Source: Octopus vulgaris
Taxonomy: Eukaryota
DNA length: 64,000 nucleotides
Assembly (NCBI GenBank): GCA_951406725.2
Contig: OX597836.1
Span: forward strand, 31,744,001-31,808,000
Reading direction: 5' to 3'
The notes under the pieces are model-generated. The model saw nothing but the letters and a program-made list of their open reading frames with translations. It was not told the DNA's origin and did not search any database. The translations under genes were made by a program, and so were the position numbers. This document shows, piece after piece, positions 54,203 to 64,000 of this stretch (positions are counted from its first letter, which is position 1; each line of letters begins with the position of its first letter).

Positions 54203-55424
54203 ATATGGAAGATTTTTGGTCAGCTGGGCAATCATTTTAGCCTGAATGCTCCTTGCTGCATAAAGCATACATGTAGTTAGAAATCTGGCAGAGTAATTAA
54301 TGCTGAGTCTTTATTTTGATGAAGTGTTTAATTTTATTTTCTGACACTAACACAAATTTCATATAAGTTTTATGGAAATTAAACATCGTGTATTTGTGCT
54401 CGTATTACTATAAATGTAAATTCTCTCTGTTATTTCAGTATTATACACGAAATTTTAATGTCATTTAGTAACATGATTCCATGCTATAAAACATTGACAA
54501 AGACATTTAAATACATCTAACTAATATATTTACATTATTTGGAAATGTTTATTAAAGATGTTTTTTTTTAGACATTTGAAATTAGAAACTTAGTATATTG
54601 AATATTTCTAATGCATACAAACCAGACATACACACTAAATATTTACAATCACTCACACAAAATATCTAAAATAAATTAGCAAAATTTTTTCATTTACATA
54701 TGAAATTTTTTTAAAGTTTTAGAATATTTTGTTTTTAATATATATTTTGTAACTTTTATTTATAATTATTATCAAGATTGATTATTTTAAAACTATTCTA
54801 ATTAACTGTATGTCATAGCAACATTAATAACGATGCTAAATTATCATTAAATAAGCACATGCGAGGAAAATATGAATCTGAGATGACTAGCAACAATTGG
54901 CTTCTGCAAAAATCATTTAACCTTAATAAATGTTGTAAAATGATATACCTGTGTGACTGATGAAGAACTCCTGACTGAAATATTGGCATTCATTTGTCCT
55001 CAAGCTACAGGAATTTCCAGAAATATTTAGATAACTCTATCAAATGTAATGCTTATTTATTCACATTGTTTTGAATTGATCATGCATTCTCTCTTAGCTT
55101 CAAAACTTCGATGCCATAATTGTTAATATTTCCATTGATATAAGAGGTCACATCTGACTGATTTGAACACAAAACAGGTAGAATATTTGGGTTGGATATG
55201 GATGGTTTAAATGCTAAAAGGTTAAATTAATCACCAGTTTGCTTTGATATCTGTTAAGTTAGTTATAGATTAATTTCATTCATTTATTTATTTATTTATT
55301 TAATTATTCATAGTCTGCTTCTTGATTCCATTGACAAAACAAGGTATTCCTGATCTCATTAACTTTGGTTTTAAAACAAGGAAATAATTACAGTTAAACG
55401 AAGATTAGGTGTGATTACAAGGCC

Positions 55425-55635
55425 ATGAGCTGGCAGAATCGTTAGCACGCCGGACGAAGTGCTTAGCAGTATTTTGCCCGTTGCTATGTTCTGAGTTCAA
55501 ATTCTGCCAAGATCGATTTTGCCTTTCATCCTTTTGGGGTCGATAAATTAAGTACCAGTTGTGTACTGGAATCAATCAAATCGACTGGCTCCGTCTCCCC
55601 AAAATTTCAGGCCTTGTGCCTATAGCAGAAAGGAT
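55425..55635 (+). mobile_element. Family-B SINE with alternative tail (aaatttcaggccttgtgcc)
   Basis: Same head and centre as 29233; different 3' end, also seen at 2760-2945 and 11570-11640. Confidence 0.75.
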
Positions 55636-56412
55636 TAGGTATGATTACTTACATATAAGTGATATTGCTTGTGTTGTGCCATCTTTAAATCCTAAAACTT
55701 AACATTTTAACAAATAGAATTCAAGAAAATAAATATGAGCCTGAAAAACTGGGATTATGATCAATCAAAGCCCTTGAAATAAGCATCTCAGTGTAACCAC
55801 AGTCTCATGTGCGCAAGCAAAAATATGAATAAACACACACACACATGATTTAGTTATAAGAATTCATGAGAATCAAAGCACATCAACACATACGATGCCA
55901 GAAATGGTTTGATATGATAACATAGAGCTCACAGTGAGCTAAAAAGGAAAAACCATTAAAGATGTGATTTGAGTTTACTAAGGCACCAGGTATCTTGGTC
56001 CTTTGTCAGCTGAACCCTTTAGATGAGATGACTAAGGACTGAGATACCTGATGCCTTGCTGTACCTGAGAAGACCTGTCCTCCACGGCAGAAGTGTTAAG
56101 GCCACATCCCCTGGTGGAAAGGATTGGTCTGCAAAATTCCTATGCTGGTGCCACATAAAAAGCACTCATGCCTATGTCACATATGGGTGGTCTTGCCAGT
56201 GCCATGTTAAAAGCACCCAGCACAACACTTTAAAGTGCTTGGCATTAGGAAGAGCATCCAGCCATAGAAACTGAGCCAAGGCAGATTGAACCTGATGCAA
56301 CTCTTTAACCTGCCAGCTCTGGTCAAACCGTCCAAATCATGCCAGCATAGAAAATAGATGCTAAAAGAAGGATGATGATATGTGCGTGTGTGTATTTATG
56401 TGTGTGTGCATG

Positions 56413-56983
56413 AGTGATCGCCAGCAATGGTGACGTAATGCTGCCTCCATTCATATTTTCACATGGCCTCAGACTCAATACAGAGGCCTTCATCAAGTGC
56501 CTGGGGGAGATAGTGTTGTCCTTGGTCAAGTGGGTGGTTGCTGGAAGACCCTGTGTCTAACAACAGGACTCCGCACCATGCTACACAAGCAGGAGAACCA
56601 AGTCATGGCTGTCAGACAATTTCTGCGACCACATTACCCCTAAAATCTAGCTACTTAACCCCCAGACTGCAACCCCCTTGATTATTATGTGTGGAGTGCA
56701 GTTGAGCAAGAGACCAACGAAACTCTTTGTAACACTAAAGAGGCAAAGATTATAGCAGCATTCACCAACTTAAAGATGGAGACCATCCAGAAGAGTTGCA
56801 GGAGATTCTGAAGTTGTCTGGAGGCCATGGTTGAAACCAGTGGCGATTTTATAGAACAAATTTACTCTTTAGTATTCCAAGATAATTTTGTGCAATTTTG
56901 GTAAATATATCTCTTAAAATGAAATATCAGTGTTATTTTCATTTCTGTGTAATTTAGATGACATTTTATTCACTTCACCCTGT
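56413..56983 (+). mobile_element. Tc1/mariner (maT, DD37D-like) transposase pseudogene, 3' half plus TIR
   Basis: QQDSAPCYTSRRT..WLSDNF...PDCNPLDYYVWSAVE with stops and one frameshift. D-to-D spacing is 37 if the frameshift is corrected. Ends caccctg|ta. Confidence 0.8.
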
Positions 56984-56993
56984 ACATGTATAC

Positions 56994-57029
<36 letters not shown>

Positions 57030-57033
<4 letters not shown>

Positions 57034-57271
57034 TCTTTTACTTGTTTCAGTCATTTGACTGTGGCCATGCTGGAGCAGCACCTTTTAGTCGAGCAAATCG
57101 ACCCCAGGACTTATTCTTTGTAAGCCTAGAACTTATTCTATCAGTCTCTTTTGCTGAACTGCTAAGTTACAGGGACATAAACACACCAGCATCAGTTGTC
57201 AAGCGATGTTGGGGGGACAAACATAGACACACCAAACATAGACACACAAACATATACACACACATACGTAC

Positions 57272-57308
<37 letters not shown>

Positions 57309-57472
57309 TATACGATGGGCTTCTTTCAGTTTCCGTCTGCCAAGTCCACTCACAAGGCTTTGGTTGGCCCAAAGTTTATAGTAGAAGATACTTGCCCAAG
57401 GTGCCATGCAGTGGAACTGAACCCAGAACCATGTGGTTGGTAAGCAAGTTACTTACCACACAGCCACTCCTA
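57030..57472 (-). mobile_element. Family-A SINE
   Basis: Reverse complement of the consensus. Confidence 0.85.
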
Positions 57473-57902
57473 TATATATATACTGGATATGACATCTTTA
57501 TCTTTACAGTTAAATGTGGTTTATAGCAGAGCAAGAAATTGATACTAATTGAATGACAAGATATCAGCATATATAAGCAAATATCAAGATAGTATAACAG
57601 ACAACACGAGTTTTGGCATTTGTTGCTAGTTTAGGTTTTAGAATTTAAGTATAATGACAGTTGAAATGACAGACATAGAAAAGTGTTGAGACACTCAGAG
57701 AGGAAGAAAGTTTGTAGGTAAGTACCATTTGAAATCTTGTAAATCTATATTATGAAATGGAAGTATCAATACCCTTTGAACTGTGACGTTTATTCTTCAT
57801 TTAAATAATAACATGTGTATGACATTATATCTGGAGTTCATCGAGGAAGAAATGGGTAATGATTGAAAAGTCGAAAATGTATGAAAATAAAGAAATAGAG
57901 AA

Positions 57903-58284
57903 TCTCTCTTTATATAAACGGCAGTTTGTCTGTCTGCATGTCTGTGTGTCTGTTAGGTTGTACCCTCCCCCTGACCACGGCTTTCAACCGATTCTGATGA
58001 AACTTGACACACACATAGCCCAATGTCATAATTCAAAACTAACGTGGCGAAAATTTTGAAAAGTTCCCCCAGTTCTGAAAAAATCGATAAATTCGAGATG
58101 GGGTCGAGAATCAGAAACACAAATCACGGACTGTCTAGGGGACGCAACTCGACCTTTTTAACTCTCAAAAAAAATTTACCATAATTTTTTTTCCATTTTT
58201 TGCTATTTTTTGGCTATAACTCTCTAAAAATGCTTTATAGTTATTTCCCTTACAAACCCGAGCAACGCCGGGCGATACTGCTAG
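57903..58284 (+). mobile_element. Non-autonomous Helitron
   Basis: a|TCtctctttatata...cccgagcaacgccggg-cgatactg-CTAG|t; about 120 bp at the 3' end is shared with 3296-3692. Confidence 0.8.
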
Positions 58285-58542
58285 TTTTTAATATTTCTGT
58301 TAAGGCAGTGAGTTTGCAAAATTGTTAGCATACTAGGCAAAATACTGGCATTTCGTCCATCATTACAGTTGGAGTTCGAATTCTGCTGAAGCTGGCTTTG
58401 CCTCTGAGGGTTTTCTGAGAAAAGGCATTAATTGAGGGTGAATGATTGTTTTTGCTTGGAGGAGCCCATAACTCAGCAGTATTTAAAGCTTAATTTATGC
58501 TCCTTGAAGTATCAGCAATTATTAAGTTTCAAGAAATCCTAA

Positions 58543-58937
58543 ATACTCTTTTACTCTTTTACTTGTTTCAGTCATTTGACTGCGGCCATGCTGGAGCACC
58601 GCCTTTAGTCGAGCAAATCGACCCCGGGACTTATTCTTTGTAAGCCCAGTACTTATTCTATTGGTCTCTTTTGCCGAACCGCTAAGTAACGGGGATGCAA
58701 GCACACCAGCATCGGTTGTCAAGCAATGCTAGGGGCACAAACACAGACACACACACACATATATATATATATACGACAGGCTTCTTTCAGTTTCCGTCTA
58801 CCAAATCCACTCACAAGGCATTGGTCAGCCTGGGGCTATAGTAGCAGACACTTGCCCAAGATGCCACGCAGTGGGACTGAACCCGGAACCATGTGGTTGG
58901 TAAGCAAGCTACTTACCACACAGCCACTCCTGCGCCT
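58543..58937 (-). mobile_element. Family-A SINE
   Basis: Reverse complement of the consensus. Confidence 0.85.
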
Positions 58938-59148
58938 ATGGAGGAAAAAATTGTTTGAACCATGGAAAATGTTATTGATCATGGGTTGTACAGTTTGAGA
59001 GAATATGATGGATCCAAGTATTGTACCATGCCCCAGGTTAAATTTGTATTAAAATATTTATTTCAGAGAGAATTAAATAAAATAAACTAGAAATATTTAT
59101 GCGGTGAGGCAAAAAGCTAGGTAAGCTAGTGTTTAAATAAGTATGATA

Positions 59149-59541
59149 TGCAGGAGTTGGCTGTGTGGTAAGTAGCTTGCTTACCAACCACATTGTTCCG
59201 GATTCAGTCCCACTGATTAGCACCTTGGGCAAGTGTCTTCTACTATAACTTCAGGCCGACCAAAGCCTTGTGAGTGGATTTGGTAGACGGAAACAGAAAA
59301 GAAGCCCATTGTATATATTTATATGTATATATATGTGTGTCTATGTGTCTGTCCCCCCAACATCACTTGACAACTGATGCTGGTGTGTTTACGTCACTGC
59401 AACTTAGCAGTTCGGCAAAAGAAAATGATAGAATAAGTAATAGGCTTACAAAGAATAAGTCCTGGGGTCGATTTCCTTGACTAAAGGTGGGGCTCCAGCA
59501 TGGCCACAGTCAAATGACTGAAACAAATAAAAGAGTAAAAG
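59149..59541 (+). mobile_element. Family-A SINE
   Basis: Matches the consensus; inverted relative to 58543-58937, about 200 bp away. Confidence 0.85.
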
Positions 59542-60254
59542 CGTGTGTGTGTGTGTGTATGTGTGGTGGTGTGTCTAAGTGTCTTGGTATCTTAATGAAG
59601 CAGCTTGTAATGTCTAATTTGTTGGTATTTTGCATGTTAGTTGAAGTGTGCACGTGTGCATCGTGCATTGTACAAGTTCATTGTGCAAGTGGCGGGGGGG
59701 GGGGGGCTTAGCGAACAGGGTGGAGTCATGCTGGTGTAAGAGGTAGCTTCTAATTGGATAAGATAAACTTGTGTTGATGGGAAATTTCTACTAATCAATA
59801 TACTGAGTGTGTAAAGAAAGTATGTGTGGACGAGAAAATGTTAGAGCATTTGACCTTAACAAGAGAAAAGGAAAAAGGAATTGAAAAGGACAAGGACAAA
59901 AGAGTCCATTGTTTGAAAATTGCTGACTTTTCATAGGTCAAAACTATGGGAGAGTGGAGTGGAGGTAATGTAGCAGGAATATTGATGGAGTTCCAAATAT
60001 CAAACTCCACAGTAGGATTCTGTCGAGAATCGAAGTCATCAGTAAGTGACAACTTCACTTAAGTGTCCGATAAAAGTATTAAGAACTTGTTTTCATTAGT
60101 TACTGGGCTGACCATCAGAAATAACAGAACCAAAAAACGTTTAACCCATTAGGTCCTAATTGTGATAAACAACATATGAGATTGTCATTAACAATTTTGC
60201 TTTTGGTGCCTTTTCATTAACGGACTTTGGCTATATATAGACAGTGTGCCTGCA

Positions 60255-60287
<33 letters not shown>

Positions 60288-60471
60288 TATTATCATCATC
60301 ATCATCATCATCATGATCATTGTTTAATGTCCATTTTCCATGTTGGCATGGGTTGAAAGTCTGGAGAGCCAGTGACTGCACCAGGCTCTGATTAGATCTG
60401 GCAATTCAGTATGTTACGGAGTTTAATGATTATTACAATTCGATATACATGAGCATATTTAAATATAATAC

Positions 60472-60865
60472 ATTATAAGGAGAAAATGGAGGTTTTTAAC
60501 TAATAAAATTTAATTTATTAACAAATTGTCAAAATTCTCTGTTACCTGCAATCATTTCCATTCTCAGCTCATTCGATTACAAATTAATTAATTGAAAATT
60601 ATAAATTGCATCTTGAAATATTGAGTTAAGTATTTCCTCAGAGTGAGAATTAGACATAAAAAGAATCACATTATAATCGATTGGGTGGCCATCAACGGAC
60701 TCAATATGACAATAATGTGTATGCATGTTCATGTTAATTTATTAATTTATTAATTTGTAATCAAATGAGTTGAGTATGGAAATGATTGTAGGTAACAGAG
60801 AATTTTGACAAAATGTTAATAAATTGAATCTTATTAGTTAAAACTCTCTATTTTCTGCTTATAAT
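60472..60865. mobile_element. MITE with about 125-bp inverted arms
   Basis: tgtcaaaattctctgttacctgcaatcatttcc versus ggaaatgattgtaggtaacagagaattttgaca. Confidence 0.75.
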
Positions 60866-60880
60866 ATATATATATATATA

Positions 60881-61020
60881 TACCGGAGTAAACACATAAA
60901 TGTGAAACAAGGTGGAAAAAAGAGTACTCAAATACCAGTGGTAGAGTAATATGCTTTATTTAAAGCAACAGAAAATTCAACAGGTTTTGTTGAATTTTCT
61001 GCTGCTTTAAATAAAGTATA
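60881..61020 (+). mobile_element. Copy of the 51697 family ending in a fold-back hairpin (60954-61016)
   Basis: Shares ccggagtaaacacataaatgtgaaacaaggtgg and ctttatttaaagcagcagaaaatt; flanked by (TA)n. Confidence 0.6.
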
Positions 61021-61032
61021 TATATATATATA

Positions 61033-61456
61033 TATTGAGAAAAAGGAAACAGTCAGAATTTTGGATAATTCTTTATTTTGATTGTTTATCTAACTCGTCA
61101 AAACAAAATCAGAATGGTAAAAGCAGAATGTTTCGGTGTTCATTTATATGAATCAGATGCATTTTTTTTTTGCTTTGTTTAAAAGCGGAGAAAAATATTC
61201 TTGTTTTTTTTTGGTGGGAAAGGGGTAAGAGAGACCGAACAGCAAAGGGGGAGGCGGTTTTCTCTCATCTCTTTTTCCAAAAAATAAAAGCAAAAATAAT
61301 TTTTTACCCCTTTATAAACAAATGATTCACGTAAATGAACAATGACACATTCTGTTTGCCATTTTGATTTTGACTTTGTCTTGATGAGTCCAATAAACAA
61401 ACAAATGCGCTAATAAAGAATTATCCAAAATTTTGACTGCCTCCTTTTACTCAATA
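61033..61456. mobile_element. TA-flanked MITE with about 45-bp TIRs
   Basis: ttgagaaaaaggaaacagtcagaattttggataattctttatt versus aataaagaattatccaaaattttgactgcctccttttactcaa. Confidence 0.7.
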
Positions 61457-62111
61457 TACTGCCTCCTTTTACTCAAAAACCATCTCTGGCTCTGAGTACA
61501 AATGTCTTGTTTTCATAAGTTTTGAATTGAAATCTTCCACCAAACCTTAGTCACAATTTATGTTCCGAACACTAGCTTCATGATAACTAAGTTGTTTTAC
61601 TAAATTCTTTATTATATTTATAGTAATTGAAAGAAACACAGAGCATTTCAAAATAAATACAGTAATGAAAGGGTTAAACACTCTACACACACACATATAA
61701 GGTGAGATTCTGTAAAGTTTCTGTCCACTAGATTCTACTAACAAGTTATTGAGCAGCCTTGAGGTTATAGTAAAAGCTTGCTAAAGGCATTACACCACAG
61801 AATCAAACATAAGACTACATGGTACTGAACAAAACGTCTTAACCACACAGCCATGGCTGTGCCCATAAAATACGAACAACCTTATGAATATTCTTAACTG
61901 TTTAGCATTTGCACTTTTCTATCACATTGTTTTAAATTCATCATTCATCATCTTGTAGCTTTGAGATTTTGATGATGTGGCTGTATTTTTAGAATGACAT
62001 TGTTGGGTAAGTATGAAAGGCCAGATTTGTGCAAAACAACATCAATGATGGACAACAAACAATTCAGAACTTTGATCAAATCATCCTTTTCAAAATATTC
62101 AATGTAACATT

Positions 62112-62418
62112 TTAGAATTTTCTATGCGCCCTTTTCAAGCCTAGCCAGGCTCATGGACCCAGTTTCCTGGTTTCTGTGGCTTATGTATTCCCCCCAGCTA
62201 GATGGGACACCAGCTTTACTCAAGAAACAGGAAGAAAGAGTGAGAGAAAGTTGGGGCGAAAGAGTACAACAGGGGTCGCCACAAACCCCTGCAGGAGCCT
62301 CATGGAGCTTTAGGTGTTTTCGCTCAATAAACACACACAACGCCTGGTCTGGGAATTGAAACCGCGATCCTCTGACCGTGAGTCCGCTGCCCTAACCACT
62401 GGGCCATTGCGCCTCCAC
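62112..62418 (-). mobile_element. tRNA(Arg)-derived SINE, tail type 3, 12-bp TSD
   Basis: TSD caatgtaacatt at 62100-62111 and 62419-62430. Confidence 0.9.
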
Positions 62419-62475
62419 CAATGTAACATTCAAAAAAAAAAAAAAAAAAAAAAAGAAAATGAAACAATAACTTAC

Positions 62476-62520
62476 CATTATTCCAAAGAGGGCAAAAATT
62501 CTTCTGTTGAATTTTCTTTT
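62476..62520 (-). CDS. ENPP: ENPP-family gene, internal exon: basic cytoplasmic segment plus start of TM helix (KRKFNRRIFALFGIM)
   Basis: Acceptor ttttttccctttgttatag and donor GTAAGT; 45 nt, phase 0/0. Joins in frame to 39478 to give KRKFNRR-IFALFGIMTLLCTAIGVGVGIHV, a positive-inside type II signal anchor. Confidence 0.75.
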
Positions 62521-62899
62521 CTATAACAAAGGGAAAAAACAATTAAAATCACTCATATATCATGTGTCATATATATGTGTGTGTTATGTGTGTGTGTGTG
62601 TAGGAGCAGGTATGGGTAAGTGATCGAAAAGTTTGCTTTCCAGGCACATGGTCTTGGGTTTAATCCCACAGCACCTTGGTCAAATCTTTGGTCATAACCC
62701 TGGGCAGATCGTAATTTCGTGAGTGGATACATATATTGTTTATTATATATATGAGTGTGTGTATGTGTGTGTGCATGTGTGTGTGTGTGTGTGTGGGTTA
62801 CATGTGTATGTATTCTAATCCACAATGGAATCGATTACCAAAACTTCCATATGGTATGCTTGTGCAATTGTGAAGATCTCTGGACATGAAACTATTGAC

Positions 62900-63830
62900 A
62901 ACTTTACATAGTTGTCCTTATCCCTTCCCATTGCATGAGCAAACCAGCAGGGGTCTTCTCTTTTACACACTGCATTTGATTCCTCTTATGGCCATGCATT
63001 CTCCACATTTATTATCCTTTCATAGTAGCACAGCCATGCCTCTTTTCAGAATTCCCAAATGCAAGTGCACCATTTTCCATCCACACACACACTTTTCACC
63101 CAAAACACTTTGATTCTTTCAGACACACTGCCTTGCAATCTGGAACATCTCACACAGCCGATTCCTATGCAGTATAACATTGTTTTTTTCTGTTTGTTCC
63201 TTCTCAAGCCATGCCTGGCTCATAAGGGCCAGTTTCTCGGTTTCTTGGTGTATAGGTTCCCTACCTGGATGGGACACCGGTCCGTCGCAGGTGAGCTGCA
63301 AGATGCAGGAGGAAAGAGTGAGAGAAAGTTGTGGTGAAAGAGTCAGCAGAAGTTCGCCATTACCTTCTGCCGGAGCCGTGTGGAGCTTAGGTGTTTTCAC
63401 TCATAAACACACACATTGCCCAGTCTGAGATTCAAACCCATGATCCCTCGACCGTGAGTCCGCTGCTCTAACCACTAGGCCATGTGCCTCTACTGTAGAA
63501 CATTGGCAAATTCCTTGCTTACCGCTTCTCTCTTCACTATTTCAAACTATTGCTTAGCTTCTCATCCAGCTACATAATTCATTCCTTTGCTACTTCCATT
63601 TTACCAATCTTTCCAAGCCTGCATCTTAGCTTTAACGATGACTGTCTATTCCTCTGTTCCCCTACCACATCATGCTTGGCCTAGTTGGAACTTGGCTCTA
63701 GCAACAGATTTCTTCCATTGCTCTCTGTAGGTTGTCCTGAAGGAATTTCCAGTTCTCCTCTTTGTCTATACATCTCTATTGCTTCCTCCTCTTTCTCATC
63801 ATCAAATACCTCAACAAGTACTTCTCAAAT
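62900..63830 (-). mobile_element. Degenerate RTE-clade LINE ORF fragment interrupted by a SINE
   Basis: Minus-strand translation NWKFLQDNL...QAWKDW...KEFANVL / EMFQIARQCV...GEKCV...YYERIINVENAW, with many stops. Confidence 0.65.
63190..63492 (-). mobile_element. Older tRNA-derived SINE, tail-type-3 variant
   Basis: Diverged head and body; inserted in the RTE relic. Confidence 0.7.
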
Positions 63831-63897
63831 TTTTTTTAATATTCATTGGATCTTTAAGCCTCACATACATACATACATAGATACATGCATGAATGCA

Positions 63898-63931
<34 letters not shown>

Positions 63932-64000
63932 CATAAATACATACATACATACATACATGCATACATACATACATTACATTACATACATACATGCATACAT

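Overview
This is AT-rich, repeat-dense eukaryotic genomic DNA. The SINE repertoire, RTE/R4 relics and very long (TA)n/(CA)n tracts suggest a coleoid cephalopod, probably Octopus (inference). One protein-coding gene is supported: six minus-strand exons (62476-62520, 39339-39478, 30443-30614, 7165-7287, 4676-4745, 742-775) splice in frame into the N-terminal half of a type II membrane ENPP (nucleotide pyrophosphatase/phosphodiesterase)-family protein. Its catalytic motifs are altered (SLDGFR->AIGHFR; PTKTFPNH->PTLSSPNL). The gene runs off both window ends, so the rest of the window is intron. The introns hold tRNA-derived SINEs, RTE and R4 LINE relics, Tc1/mariner, hAT and piggyBac-like MITEs, Helitrons, microsatellites and a higher-order minisatellite. 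The most striking hidden signal is a set of about eight hammerhead-ribozyme motifs. These include a 361-bp tandem, highly structured retrozyme-like element with a compensatory U3-A8 core, and a near-perfect inverted pair of complete type I hammerheads 2.9 kb apart. Nearly all ORFs in the supplied track are low-complexity artefacts. Repeat boundaries are approximate unless a TSD is given, and all folds were done by eye.
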